Shown: piece after piece, positions 46,273 to 55,838 of the stretch
How the letters are laid out: the number at the start of each line of letters is the position of its first letter
Position numbering within the stretch: position 1 is the stretch's first letter
From: Patescibacteria group bacterium
GTDB lineage: Bacteria; Patescibacteriota; Patescibacteriia; UBA9934
Assembly: GCA_018062825.1 (NCBI GenBank)
Contig: JAGORL010000003.1
Location: 72,333 to 136,332, forward strand
Direction of reading: 5' to 3'
DNA length: 64,000 nucleotides
Program-made: the position numbers and the translations under genes
The notes under the pieces: model-generated
What the model was told of the DNA's origin: nothing
Database searches by the model: none
The model's input: only the letters and a program-made list of their open reading frames with translations

Positions 46273-47295
46273 ATGATTGAGGAGAATGACTTTACTCCAC
46301 CTAAGCGTGACATTGCCCCGCAAGCCGGGGAAGAGGAGCGGGTAATTGAGGTCGGGCTTCGTCCGCAGCGACTTTCGGATTTCATCGGTCAGCCGGACCT
46401 GAAGGCTAATTTAGATATTTTTTTATCGGCCGCAAAGGCGCGTGGTGAGGCTTTGGAGCACCTGCTTTTTTACGGCAATCCTGGACTTGGCAAGACGACA
46501 CTTGCGCATATTATTGCAAACGAAATGGGTGCGAATGTGCGAGTTACGAGCGGTCCGGCGCTGGAGCGCGTGGGTGATTTGGCGGCAATTTTGTCCAATT
46601 TAGCAAAAGGTGACATTTTATTTATTGATGAGATTCATCGTTTGCCAAAAGCGATTGAGGAAGTGTTGTATCCAGCGATGGAGGATTATGCACTTGATCT
46701 TGTTGTTGGTAAGGGGCCATCCGCGCGTACGCTGCGATTAGCACTTGAGCCGTTTACGATTATTGGTGCTACGACCCGGCTTTCGCTTTTATCCGCTCCG
46801 CTTCGTGATCGATTTGGTACCATTTTTCATCTCGATTTTTATGGCGATGAAGATATGGCGGCGATTGTTGAGCGTAGTGCCGGTCTTTTGAAGATCGATC
46901 TTGCCGAAGGCGCTTCCGGCGCAGTTGCTAGTAGATCCCGCAAGACGCCGCGCATTGCCAACCGACTCCTTAAGCGCGTGCGAGATTACGCGCAGATGAA
47001 AAATAATGGGATAGTTACACATGACGTTGCTCATGCGGCGCTTACCATGCTTTCTATTGACCCACTTGGTTTAGATACTGTTGATCGACGTTTACTTGAA
47101 ACGATTATTGAGAAGTTTCGTGGGGGACCGGTTGGACTTACCACGCTTGCAGCCGCTACGCAGGAAGAGATGGAGACTTTAGAAGATGTTGTTGAGCCAT
47201 TTTTGATTCAGCTTGGGTTCTTAGAGCGAACGCCGCGAGGTCGTATGGCGACATCGCGTGCTTATGCTCATCTTGGTCGTGAGCAACAGGGATAG
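46273..47295 (+). CDS. ruvB: Holliday junction branch migration ATPase RuvB
   Basis: RuvB signature ([31 protein letters not shown], sensor and winged-helix C-terminus). Confidence 0.9.
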   Translation: MIEENDFTPPKRDIAPQAGEEERVIEVGLRPQRLSDFIGQPDLKANLDIFLSAAKARGEALEHLLFYGNPGLGKTTLAHIIANEMGANVRVTSGPALERVGDLAAILSNLAKGDILFIDEIHRLPKAIEEVLYPAMEDYALDLVVGKGPSARTLRLALEPFTIIGATTRLSLLSAPLRDRFGTIFHLDFYGDEDMAAIVERSAGLLKIDLAEGASGAVASRSRKTPRIANRLLKRVRDYAQMKNNGIVTHDVAHAALTMLSIDPLGLDTVDRRLLETIIEKFRGGPVGLTTLAAATQEEMETLEDVVEPFLIQLGFLERTPRGRMATSRAYAHLGREQQG

Positions 47296-47332
47296 GTTTT
47301 GTTTTTGTTAGGGGTGATACAATAGAGGTGCT

Positions 47333-47599
47333 ATGCCTTTGTGGTACCTCATTTTGCCATTTGTTATCGTGAGCCTATTTGCCCTTTTGTTTTTGTTTTT
47401 TAATATTTTTCACTTAAAGCGTTACGCGATTACTGGCTGGAAGACTGAGGCGCTCATGGGGCTTTATGTTGTCGGCTTTTTGATTATCTTTGGAATTGGC
47501 GCTGCGATTTTGAGTTCGTATGATTGGTTTTTGGTTGTTGATGCTGCTGATTTATTGCCGGCTATGTTTAACGGTGGCGCGTCTCAATACGGTTTATGA
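47333..47599 (+). CDS. Small membrane protein (3 TM helices)
   Basis: Hydrophobic 88-aa ORF; 4-bp overlap with the next gene suggests an operon. Confidence 0.4.
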   Translation: MPLWYLILPFVIVSLFALLFLFFNIFHLKRYAITGWKTEALMGLYVVGFLIIFGIGAAILSSYDWFLVVDAADLLPAMFNGGASQYGL

Positions 47600-48186
47600 T
47601 GCATCTTGATAAGCTTCCTAATAGTCAACCAGGCGAGCGCGTTGTACTTGTGCTTCGTCGCCATTGGATTGATTTACTTCGTATTTTAGCTTTTTCCGCA
47701 GTGTTAGCACTCGTGCCGGCAGCGGTTTTTGGGATTATTTTTGTCGTGCAGGTGGATGTATTGTCACATCCGGTTTATGCGCCACTTTCCATTTCACTGC
47801 TGTTTTCTTACGCATTTCTTCTTTTCACCTTAACGATTACTGAGATTACTGATTACTGGCTTGATGTGTGGATCGTGACAACGGAGCGTATTATCAATAC
47901 TGAACAGCACGGATTATTTAATCGTTTAGTTTCCGAGGTGCGTTTGGAGCAGATTCAGGATGTCACTAGTGAAACGTTGGGATTCTTGGAGACTTTCCTT
48001 ACGTATGGAGATGTATACATTCAGACTGCCGGTGAAAAAATGCGTTTTCGTTTCAAGAATGTTGATAATCCAGATGAGGTGAAGATTTCGATCATTCAGC
48101 TTTCGACTGAATGTCAGGATCACCATCACCATACGCCGCCTGCACAGCGTCAGCGACCGCCCCAGGCTCCACAACCCACAGTATAA
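47596..48186 (+). CDS. Membrane protein with bacterial PH (bPH_2/YdbT-like) domain
   Basis: Two TM helices followed by a YdbS/YdbT-like bPH fold (WIVTTERIINTEQHGLFNR..E..L..IQDV). The C-terminus is His/Pro/Gln-rich. Confidence 0.5.
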   Translation: MMHLDKLPNSQPGERVVLVLRRHWIDLLRILAFSAVLALVPAAVFGIIFVVQVDVLSHPVYAPLSISLLFSYAFLLFTLTITEITDYWLDVWIVTTERIINTEQHGLFNRLVSEVRLEQIQDVTSETLGFLETFLTYGDVYIQTAGEKMRFRFKNVDNPDEVKISIIQLSTECQDHHHHTPPAQRQRPPQAPQPTV

Positions 48187-48233
48187 GAAAAGAGGACTTT
48201 CCTCTTTTTTGTTTTAGAGTAAACTCATTTAGT

Positions 48234-48719
48234 ATGTCTGAAGTTTATCGACCAAATGCGGCAGTTATTGTGACCGATGGCAAAGGACGTGTTTTGTTAT
48301 GTCAGCGCATTGAAGACACGTTGAAGCAGCATTGGCAGGTTGTACAAGGCGGGATTGATGAGGGTGAGACCGCACGCCAAGCAGCGGAGCGTGAATTGCA
48401 AGAAGAACTTGGCATCGCCCCAGACTCTTTTCAGATACTAGCTGAATCGCGTGAGGTTTATCGGTATACGTGGACACCTGAGTATTTAGCGTCTCTCCCG
48501 CCTCGACCTATTTCTGAGCAGTACGTTGGCCAAGAGCAGCGTTATTTTTTAGCTCAGTACACCGGTGACTTGGCCGACCTTGATCTCGACGCTCACGGAC
48601 GAGAGTTTGCTGAAGTTCGTTGGGGCACACCTCAAGAACTCGTTGATGGAGCCTGGGAAGGGAAGCGGCCAGGTATTTTGGCGGCACTTACGGAGTTTGG
48701 ACTACTGGCCGCGGAATAG
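48234..48719 (+). CDS. NUDIX hydrolase (RppH-like)
   Basis: Nudix box GGIDEGETARQAAERELQEELGI. Start at the ATG at 48234, after the upstream terminator at 48187-48212. Confidence 0.75.
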   Translation: MSEVYRPNAAVIVTDGKGRVLLCQRIEDTLKQHWQVVQGGIDEGETARQAAERELQEELGIAPDSFQILAESREVYRYTWTPEYLASLPPRPISEQYVGQEQRYFLAQYTGDLADLDLDAHGREFAEVRWGTPQELVDGAWEGKRPGILAALTEFGLLAAE

Positions 48720-49755
48720 TCAGAACAAGATTGTCGATATTCAAGGCAGCTTGCGCTTCATCGTTCCATGAGTCATCAAAGAGTACTTGCCTATAGACGA
48801 TGCGAATGGGGAGGAACTCGATTTTGATTTCCCTTGTTGTTATTTCGAGTACCGCGACTAGGCCCGTCTTTGTCTCTTCAGAAAAATCCTGATCAAATAA
48901 AAAGTTTCCAAGTGAATAGATAACAGGAACGCCGTCTATCTCTTCATATTGCTGTATGACGTGAGGATGTGCGCCGATGATAAGGTCGGCACCGGCTTTT
49001 ATAAATCGTTTTGCGGCTTCTTGCTGGTAGATTGATGGCGTATTGACGTACTCGGTTCCCCAGTGCGGATAGATGATAATAAAACGCCCCGCTTCTTGTT
49101 CGGCTTTAATCGCATCTTCAATATCAATAACGTATTCATTGAAGGCGTGAAAGCCGATGAGACTAATGTTTTGATCGCCTAATGTAAAGCGCTCGATGTA
49201 CTTTCCACTTTCAGTTGCATCGCCAAAGGGGATGATCCCGTATTCTTCGACGGCGGATCGAGTTTCGATTGTTACTTCTTGGCCAAAGTCGTCGGTGTGG
49301 TTGTTGGCTAATGATAGGTGGGTGAAGCCGGCGTCTTTGAGTATTTTTATGTTTTTAGGAATGGTATCGAAGTTAAGTACGTTTTCCTCTTCAATCTGTT
49401 CCGTTTCTCTTACGGTGGTTTCTAAGTTGCCAACAATCACGCTCGCAAGGCTTGGGAGCTCTGGAGTGAGTTGCATGAATGGCCAGTCGGCACCGCGATT
49501 TTTAATCGTTCGCTCAACGTCTCGAGCCAGCATGATGTCGCCTACGAAAAGAAGTTTGGTTGAGGTTGGCGCTATGGGTGTTTCTAGGGTTGGGGTGTCG
49601 GTTGTTGGCTCGGTTATTTCAGGTTCAGGCTGGGGCGTTTGTACGATTGGGGATGAAGGAGCGAGAATTGGAAATGCTATCGCCAGACCAAAGGAAATGA
49701 GGCCTATGCTTGCTGGGATAATGTAGGGGAAGGATGAGCGTTTGCTGATAGCCAT
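48688..49755 (-). CDS. CapA/PgsA-family metallophosphatase
   Basis: Metallophosphatase motifs (GNLE, GFTHLSLANNH, HWGTEY, GAHPHVIQ) and an N-terminal signal/TM. Confidence 0.7.
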   Translation of the reverse strand: MAISKRSSFPYIIPASIGLISFGLAIAFPILAPSSPIVQTPQPEPEITEPTTDTPTLETPIAPTSTKLLFVGDIMLARDVERTIKNRGADWPFMQLTPELPSLASVIVGNLETTVRETEQIEEENVLNFDTIPKNIKILKDAGFTHLSLANNHTDDFGQEVTIETRSAVEEYGIIPFGDATESGKYIERFTLGDQNISLIGFHAFNEYVIDIEDAIKAEQEAGRFIIIYPHWGTEYVNTPSIYQQEAAKRFIKAGADLIIGAHPHVIQQYEEIDGVPVIYSLGNFLFDQDFSEETKTGLVAVLEITTREIKIEFLPIRIVYRQVLFDDSWNDEAQAALNIDNLVLTIPRPVVQTP

Positions 49756-49834
49756 AGGTGATTCTTGGCTTAGTATACAGGTGCGTTGACGACTTTTTGA
49801 AAAACCGTTATATTGCCACTCGTTCAGACTACCG

Positions 49835-49909
49835 GCGGCGGTAGTTCAGTGGTAGAACATCTCCTTGCCAAGGAGAGGGTCGAGGGTTCGAGTCCCTTCC
49901 GCCGCTCCA
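49835..49909 (+). tRNA. tRNA-Gly (GCC)
   Basis: GCGGCGGTAGTTCAGTGGTAGAAC..TCTCC-TTGCCAA-GGAGA..GGTTCGAGTCCC..CCGCCGCTCCA. Confidence 0.9.
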
Positions 49910-50040
49910 CAAAAAACCTCATATAATTTCCCCTGGCTGTGTCGTCGGCCCTAGGCTCGGACTCGTCGTACTTTCTTAGTACGCCTCGTCCTGCGCCGGG
50001 CCATCTCCTTGCCAGAGAAAATTATCTGAGGTTTTTTATT
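49910..50040. repeat. tRNA-abutting structured element, copy 2
   Basis: Starts AAAAACCT directly after the tRNA-Gly CCA and ends AGGTTTTTT. A ~25-bp terminal inverted repeat (sequence differs from copy 1) encloses a core homologous to copy 1 (shared CTGTGTCGTCG, CTCGG, CGTACTT-loop-AGTACG hairpin, CCTGCG). Confidence 0.6.
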
Positions 50041-50053
50041 TACTCATATTTCA

Positions 50054-50085
50054 AGACCCACGGAAAACCGCGGGTCTTTTGTTTT
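50054..50085 (+). terminator. Intrinsic terminator after tRNA-Gly and the element
   Basis: AGACCCACGGAAAACCGCGGGTCTTTTGTTTT; near-copy of the terminator at 37223. Confidence 0.7.
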
Positions 50086-50305
50086 ATGCTGAGGTTGGCA
50101 CTGGCGCTGCTGCTCCGGCCATCTGTTTGCGAATCCAGGAGATTCCGGAGCGATTACCCGCTCGGTACTGGTCTTTAGCGATTGAGACTACGAACTGCTG
50201 AAGTTCCCATTCGATATCTTCCGGCATGTCGTACTTGCGCATGAGGGCTTGGAATTTATCAGTGAGTTCAGTGAACCAGCGACCGGTTGTTTTTTCATCG
50301 GACAT
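50084..50305 (-). CDS. Small hypothetical protein (73 aa) translationally coupled to the upstream LTD protein gene
   Basis: ATG overlaps the stop of the 800-aa gene by 11 nt; charged soluble product, no motif recognised. Confidence 0.45.
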   Translation of the reverse strand: MSDEKTTGRWFTELTDKFQALMRKYDMPEDIEWELQQFVVSIAKDQYRAGNRSGISWIRKQMAGAAAPVPTSA

Positions 50306-52634
50306 ATGTTTCTAGGTGAGAGGTAAGTGAAGTAAGTAATTCAGGTTTTGTTTTTAAGAGCCAGTAACTCATCAGTCCCAGCGCGACTGCGCCAAGCGAT
50401 ATTCCGGCTGCAGTAACAGGAACGGCGCTATTTGTTGGCGCTATTGTGCCTAGCGGTACGGACGTTGAGGGTACGGTTTTTGTTGCAGTATCCTGCTTCA
50501 AATCCTCAAACGATCGCGGATAGACTTCATAGGCGCCAGCCTTATTTTTTACGAGCACGCCTGTTACCGTTATAGCTCCAGTAGTCAGCTTGGCGCTTGT
50601 TACATCGCTTGCAGCTTTGACGTTTACTGCGATATCGCCGGTTTTTGTTTTCAAGGTAAAGCCGGTTTTTGTCAGCAGGCTAAGATCACCAGAGATTGTG
50701 ACAAGGCGTCCGCTGCCAATGGCGGCAAGATCAGCTACTGATGCGATCATGGGAGGCGTTTCCTCGTTTGTGCCATGTAAGACAATATCCTCTGCATTGG
50801 CTACTTTTATGCGGCTATTTGTGCTTTCATGATCTACGATCCCAGTTATAGTTACACTGCTTCCTACGGGAAGCTTTGACCAATCGGCGGCATGAAAATA
50901 GATTTCAAGTCCTTCAAGATACATGACTTGTTTTGCTATTTTCATCGGCTCCATAATCACTATTCCGGTTACTGAGACTTTGTCGCCGTGGTTCATTTTT
51001 GCTATTTCAGTTGTTGTCATTTGCGGCACGCTTTCCTCATTTTTCGTTGTCACTTTGGTGCTACTAGTAGAGCTTTTTACACCTTCTTCGATTACCGGTT
51101 GCGCAATGGCGATAATCCGGCGAATACCATTGGTGGCATCGGTGGTCGTCGCAAGCTTCGACTCTTCCAATTGAGGAGCACTGGTGTCAGAATCCACTTT
51201 AGTGGTGTGAGTGTTGTTGTCTTGCGCATAGATTAGCTCGTCAGTCGAGCTTATATTTTCAATAGATGGCTCGATAGTGGGTTCTGTATTCATCTGATTT
51301 GGAGATGGAGTTCCCGTGAGCCAGCCGTTTGTGGTGTAGTTGAGGCTTTGATCTTTTTCTGGAGCGACTATTTCATCCGTTCCGTAAGTAAGAGTGTCGA
51401 TAACGTCCGCGTACTCATTTCTTATTGTTAGTTCATCGCCGTCATTATTTAGTTTTCCTGCAGGGTTCTTGATAATGAGATAGCTATTTCCTGCAATATC
51501 TCCAGAGAGTACAGTTGCTTTTCCGGAAGCATCCGTAATTGTCCAACCGTCGAGCGTGAACGTTTCCTGCGTTGTGTTATAGATCTCTATCCACTCATCG
51601 CCAGTACTTGGCGCGCTTACGATTTCGTTGATACGGATTTCGCCAGCTTTTCCAGTTCTCTTTGGTGTTACATGTGGGCTCTCTTGCTCTTCTTGTTCGA
51701 TGTCTTCAGGAGTTTCATTCTCCGGTATTTCAACGATATGTGTGGTTGATTCGACCGTCTGATTCGTGTCAGTTTGGGTAATGATATTCTGAACACTATC
51801 TGTATCCACGGCTTCTGATTCGGTCGTTTCCACGTACGGTTCCTCCTCGATTATTTCTACGAATTCATACGAGCTTTCTTCGCTTATGTTAGTAGAATTT
51901 TCCGCATCATCTGCGGTATTTTCTTCGGTAGATATTTGTGTGTCGATTTGAGGTGGTGACACTTCGTTTTGTGACGTACTTTCTGTGTTCACCGTTTGTA
52001 TCTCCGGCGTTTGCATTTCCGGTGGTATATCGTTTTCTGATTGTTGGCTTTCTTCCTCATTTTCTGTCAGCGCTGTGAATATTACGTGGCCCGGCGTTCC
52101 GAATTGTGTTTCAACTGTTAGCCCAAGGGTTGTCACGCTATTTTGCCAAGCCTTGGTGACGATATCTCGTTCAATGCTTGCAATAGGTGATGTGTTGCCA
52201 AAGTCCGGAGTGCCCGTATCTTCATACGAATCGTGCACGAGACCGTGCGGATCCGTAAGAAATACGTGGAGACTAGAGTTAGCGAGCGATAGGGCGGTTG
52301 TAACAAGGTTCGGTTCGGTGCTTAGCGTTGATTTTTCGTCGCTGCTTTTGTAGTTTGCTATGAGTAACGTCTGCTGTGGTTGAAGGATAGTGGCGTCGGG
52401 TAAGGCGATTGCGTCGCCGCCGGTTGCAGCTCCTACGAGCAGCCAACCGGAAATATCCGTAGCGGTATCTTTCGTGTTTACGAGTTCGATCCATTCATCC
52501 GCTTGGCTTTTTTCCGACCCCGCCCAATTGATTTCCGAGATGAGAATCCCGGATGATCCTTGCGCGTTCGTGGGTACAAGAGGCACAGCGGACACGAGGA
52601 TTGCGATTCCTGCGAGCCCATACAGTAGCTTCAT
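50295..52634 (-). CDS. Large surface protein with two lamin-tail-domain (LTD) modules, an acidic low-complexity region and a C-terminal TM anchor
   Basis: Signal peptide MKLLYGLAGIAILVSAVP. LTD-like blocks ILISEINW..DEWIELVNT..DISGWLL and IRINEIVS..DEWIEIYNT..LDGWTITD. Track ORF extends to 52697. Confidence 0.65.
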   Translation of the reverse strand: MKLLYGLAGIAILVSAVPLVPTNAQGSSGILISEINWAGSEKSQADEWIELVNTKDTATDISGWLLVGAATGGDAIALPDATILQPQQTLLIANYKSSDEKSTLSTEPNLVTTALSLANSSLHVFLTDPHGLVHDSYEDTGTPDFGNTSPIASIERDIVTKAWQNSVTTLGLTVETQFGTPGHVIFTALTENEEESQQSENDIPPEMQTPEIQTVNTESTSQNEVSPPQIDTQISTEENTADDAENSTNISEESSYEFVEIIEEEPYVETTESEAVDTDSVQNIITQTDTNQTVESTTHIVEIPENETPEDIEQEEQESPHVTPKRTGKAGEIRINEIVSAPSTGDEWIEIYNTTQETFTLDGWTITDASGKATVLSGDIAGNSYLIIKNPAGKLNNDGDELTIRNEYADVIDTLTYGTDEIVAPEKDQSLNYTTNGWLTGTPSPNQMNTEPTIEPSIENISSTDELIYAQDNNTHTTKVDSDTSAPQLEESKLATTTDATNGIRRIIAIAQPVIEEGVKSSTSSTKVTTKNEESVPQMTTTEIAKMNHGDKVSVTGIVIMEPMKIAKQVMYLEGLEIYFHAADWSKLPVGSSVTITGIVDHESTNSRIKVANAEDIVLHGTNEETPPMIASVADLAAIGSGRLVTISGDLSLLTKTGFTLKTKTGDIAVNVKAASDVTSAKLTTGAITVTGVLVKNKAGAYEVYPRSFEDLKQDTATKTVPSTSVPLGTIAPTNSAVPVTAAGISLGAVALGLMSYWLLKTKPELLTSLTSHLETYVR

Positions 52635-52839
52635 AGAAAGACGGTGTCTTTCTTGACGATTGAAGTGAGGTGATCGATCAAAGTCCCGGCGCCACAAACG
52701 AAAAACCCCACCAGCCTTGCCGAAGCCTCGGAAGGAAGGTGGGGAGTTCGTTTGTTATTTCTATTAAGCGTTACCTAGCTGTGATCGACAAGATATAGAT
52801 GTGGACAACTGAGAAACTTTCAATGTTTTATTGTGCTTT

Positions 52840-52924
52840 TGGTGGGCGAGGAGGGACTCGAACCCTCATGGATTGCTCCACATGTTCCTAAGACATGCGC
52901 GTATACCAATTCCGCCACTCGCCC
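52840..52924 (-). tRNA. tRNA-Leu (TAG)
   Basis: Class II tRNA GGGCGAGTGGCGGAATTGGTA..CATGT-CTTAGGA-ACATG..GGTTCGAGTCCC..CTCGCCCACCA. Confidence 0.85.
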
Positions 52925-52986
52925 ATACCGGAGAGTATTGAACTCTATTTTCAAACTCTTGAAAAGTCACTTGCACCCTGTACTGT

Positions 52987-54162
52987 ATGGACTACACTGT
53001 TTTTAGTTTATTTTTTACCATCTTTATTATGGTACAGGTAGTCACCACTACGGGGTATTTTCAACGGATTATGCAATCCGTTGGCGGCGTTTTACTCGGT
53101 ATAGTGTTGTTTTTTTCCTCTTTTGGAGTTTTGTTTTGGAATGAAGGCCGAGTTGATTTGTCTAAAATTGCTAAGAAAGCAGAAGTTGTTTCAGCTGGTC
53201 AGGTAGATGCCAATAAGAATGGCGTTTTTGCTTCTGTTTCTGGTGAGGTCACTACTGATAGCACCCTTGGTGATGGTTTGTATCTTGCTCCGGGCATGTA
53301 CTTAAGCATTTCCCGCATTGCCGAGATTTACGCTTGGGAAGAGGATTCAAAGTCTGAAACAACCACTAATACCGGTGGATCGGAAACCACAACTACAACG
53401 TATACCTACGAGAAGGCTTGGACTTCAGATCCTCAGGATTCCTCAGAGTTCCAGGAGGTTACTGGTCATGAGAATCAAGTTCAAACGCAGACTGAAACTT
53501 CACTACAGACTGAATCTATCAATGTTGGCGCCTGGGCTGTTGATGGACGTTCTGTTGATCTGCCTGGAGGTGAGCAGCTCACGCTTAACGAGGAGCGCGT
53601 TACACTTCCGGCTGGCGCCCAGATTTCCGGCGGTTACGTTTACTTAAATGGTGCAGATCCTGCGCTTCCTGACATTGGTGATGAGCGAGTGAAATATACG
53701 GCGCTTATGCCGGGTTTTGATGGCACAATCTTTGGTGAGGTTGATGGGGCAAATGGTCAGATTGCACGTTATACGGATAAGAACGGCAATGCTTTTTACC
53801 GTATCTTTGAAGGTGGTCGTGATGAGGCGCTTGCTACCATGCATGGCGAGTATGTTATGGCCTTGTGGATCTTCCGCTTTGTTGGTTTCTTGATGATGTG
53901 GATCGGCTTGTCCATGGTTTTTGGTCCAATATCAGCTCTTCTTGATATCTTGCCAATTTTTGGTCGGTTATCACGTACGCTTATTGGCGGTGTTACTTTC
54001 TTGATTGCGGGGCTCTTGTCTATCGTGACGATCCTCGTATCCATGATCTTGCATTCACTTGTTGCACTTATCATCGCTGTACTTCTTATAATCGGTGGCA
54101 TTATCGGTGGTTTATACTGGTATAAGAACAATAAAATGCAGCCAGTTGTTACTAGCGCTTAG
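52987..54162 (+). CDS. Membrane protein (N-terminal TM, ~270-aa exposed region, C-terminal 3-4 TM; possibly TMEM43/DUF1625-like)
   Basis: Topology from hydrophobicity only; family assignment is weak. Confidence 0.35.
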   Translation: MDYTVFSLFFTIFIMVQVVTTTGYFQRIMQSVGGVLLGIVLFFSSFGVLFWNEGRVDLSKIAKKAEVVSAGQVDANKNGVFASVSGEVTTDSTLGDGLYLAPGMYLSISRIAEIYAWEEDSKSETTTNTGGSETTTTTYTYEKAWTSDPQDSSEFQEVTGHENQVQTQTETSLQTESINVGAWAVDGRSVDLPGGEQLTLNEERVTLPAGAQISGGYVYLNGADPALPDIGDERVKYTALMPGFDGTIFGEVDGANGQIARYTDKNGNAFYRIFEGGRDEALATMHGEYVMALWIFRFVGFLMMWIGLSMVFGPISALLDILPIFGRLSRTLIGGVTFLIAGLLSIVTILVSMILHSLVALIIAVLLIIGGIIGGLYWYKNNKMQPVVTSA

Positions 54163-54233
54163 TAACCTGCACTCACAAAACAAGGCCTCAGGGCCTTGTT
54201 TTGATTTGTGAACGTGTTATCTTTTCTTATGCT

Positions 54234-54584
54234 ATGTCTAGCGAATTTGATATTCGACCCTGGGGGCGCTTTGACGTCTTACAAGATCACGATTATTGCA
54301 AGGTGAAGCGTTTGACGATTGATCCGGGGAAGCGTATTTCCTATCAGCGTCATCAACGCCGAACTGAACATTGGATCATTGTGAGTGGTGTTGCTCAAGT
54401 GACGCGTAATGAAGAAGTGACGCTTCATGAAGTCGGCTCTACTGTTGTTATTGAGCGCCAGATGAAGCACCGTTTACATAATCCAGGAGAGGTGCCGCTT
54501 ATTGTTATTGAGGTGCAGCTTGGTGATTATTTTGGCGAGGATGATATTGAGCGTTTTGATGATGATTTTGGTCGTATTGCTTAG
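54234..54584 (+). CDS. Cupin-domain protein (mannose-6-phosphate isomerase type II C-terminal-like)
   Basis: RPWG..F.VL......KVKRLTIDPG...SYQ.H..R.EHWI.V.G pattern of ManC-type cupins. Confidence 0.55.
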   Translation: MSSEFDIRPWGRFDVLQDHDYCKVKRLTIDPGKRISYQRHQRRTEHWIIVSGVAQVTRNEEVTLHEVGSTVVIERQMKHRLHNPGEVPLIVIEVQLGDYFGEDDIERFDDDFGRIA

Positions 54585-54589
54585 CTTTT

Positions 54590-55183
54590 ATGCGTGTTAT
54601 CGGTATTCATGGTTACAAATCAGCTCCGGGTAAGAATTTTTGGCCGTGGCTTGAGCGAGAATTGCGTGGCCGCGGATTTGAGGTTGTTATTCCTGAGCTT
54701 CCTAATCCAGCCGAACCTGATCGCGACCTTTGGACTCAGGCGCTACTAGATGCAGTAGCCCCGCTTTCTGATAAGGATATTATTGTCGGTCATAGCTTAG
54801 GTGGGGCTGCAGCACTTCGTTTTTTGGAGGCGGCGGAGGCGCGTACCACGCCGCATGCGTGTGTTTTAATTTCGACACCGTGGATGATTCGAGACGAGCG
54901 ATTTTCCGGATTCTTTTTAACCGAACTCGATCACGATGTTTTGATGTGGCGAGCAAGTAAGTTTGTAGTTCTTCATGCTAAGGATGACTCCGTTATTCCG
55001 GTTTCATCCGCGCAGCGCTACGCTGATATTTTTCATGCCCGTCTTGTAACTCCAGAACTTGGAGGTCATTTTGATGGCGAATCGTATCCAGATATTTTGA
55101 ATGAAATTTTGCGTATTGCTCAAGAGCCGATTGTGTACGCCCCAGGGCAGTCGCTTGATGATGAGTATGTCGACGTCCGCTAA
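54590..55183 (+). CDS. Alpha/beta hydrolase (RBBP9/YdeN-like serine hydrolase)
   Basis: Nucleophile elbow GHSLGG, ~190-aa single domain. Confidence 0.6.
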   Translation: MRVIGIHGYKSAPGKNFWPWLERELRGRGFEVVIPELPNPAEPDRDLWTQALLDAVAPLSDKDIIVGHSLGGAAALRFLEAAEARTTPHACVLISTPWMIRDERFSGFFLTELDHDVLMWRASKFVVLHAKDDSVIPVSSAQRYADIFHARLVTPELGGHFDGESYPDILNEILRIAQEPIVYAPGQSLDDEYVDVR

Positions 55184-55838
55184 GCGCGGCTCAGTGTATC
55201 TAGATTTTGATCGAACATTGTTTGATGTAGACGCCATGATGCGGCCGGTTCGGGAGTTTCTTCTTTCATATATTGATGAAGCGATATACCAGCAAGCATA
55301 TTTAGAGGCTAAGCGTGGCGGGTATTCTTTTGAGCGACATGTAGGTGCACTAGGTCTTTCTCAAGAAAAGCAGCAACAGGCACGCATACTTTTTACTTCT
55401 CGAACTGAGCTTGGTGACGAGCTGCTTTTTTCTGACGTAGCTTCGACCCTTTTGCAGTTGCAAGAAGATTTTGACCTTTTTCTTCTTACTTTTGGCGCTC
55501 CGGAGCTTCAGCAACGTAAGTTTCTGGCATGTCGTTTAATCACTGGAATGTTTACTGATTCCTATTACGTGCATGGTTTGCAAACAAAAGGTCAAGTTTT
55601 AGCTGAGGCGGCGACCGGTGGCGGCGTGAGTTACTTTCTTGACGATAGTGCTTTTGAGCTACAAGATGTTCGTAAGCAGGCGCCGAAGGTCGGCGTTGTG
55701 CAGATTGCTCGTCAGGGTTTATCGGTAAAGGTGGGGGAGATCTTGTTGGACAATGATTGGCCGATTGTCCCGGATCTATCATCTTTTCAGGCTTACCTTT
55801 ATGAATCTCTTGAATCCAAATCACGCACCTCAACTTGA
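55158..55838 (+). CDS. HAD-superfamily hydrolase-like protein
   Basis: Motif I (VYLDFDRTLFD). Start codon is ambiguous (ATGs at 55158/55161/55167) and overlaps the upstream gene. Confidence 0.45.
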   Translation: MMSMSTSAKRGSVYLDFDRTLFDVDAMMRPVREFLLSYIDEAIYQQAYLEAKRGGYSFERHVGALGLSQEKQQQARILFTSRTELGDELLFSDVASTLLQLQEDFDLFLLTFGAPELQQRKFLACRLITGMFTDSYYVHGLQTKGQVLAEAATGGGVSYFLDDSAFELQDVRKQAPKVGVVQIARQGLSVKVGEILLDNDWPIVPDLSSFQAYLYESLESKSRTST

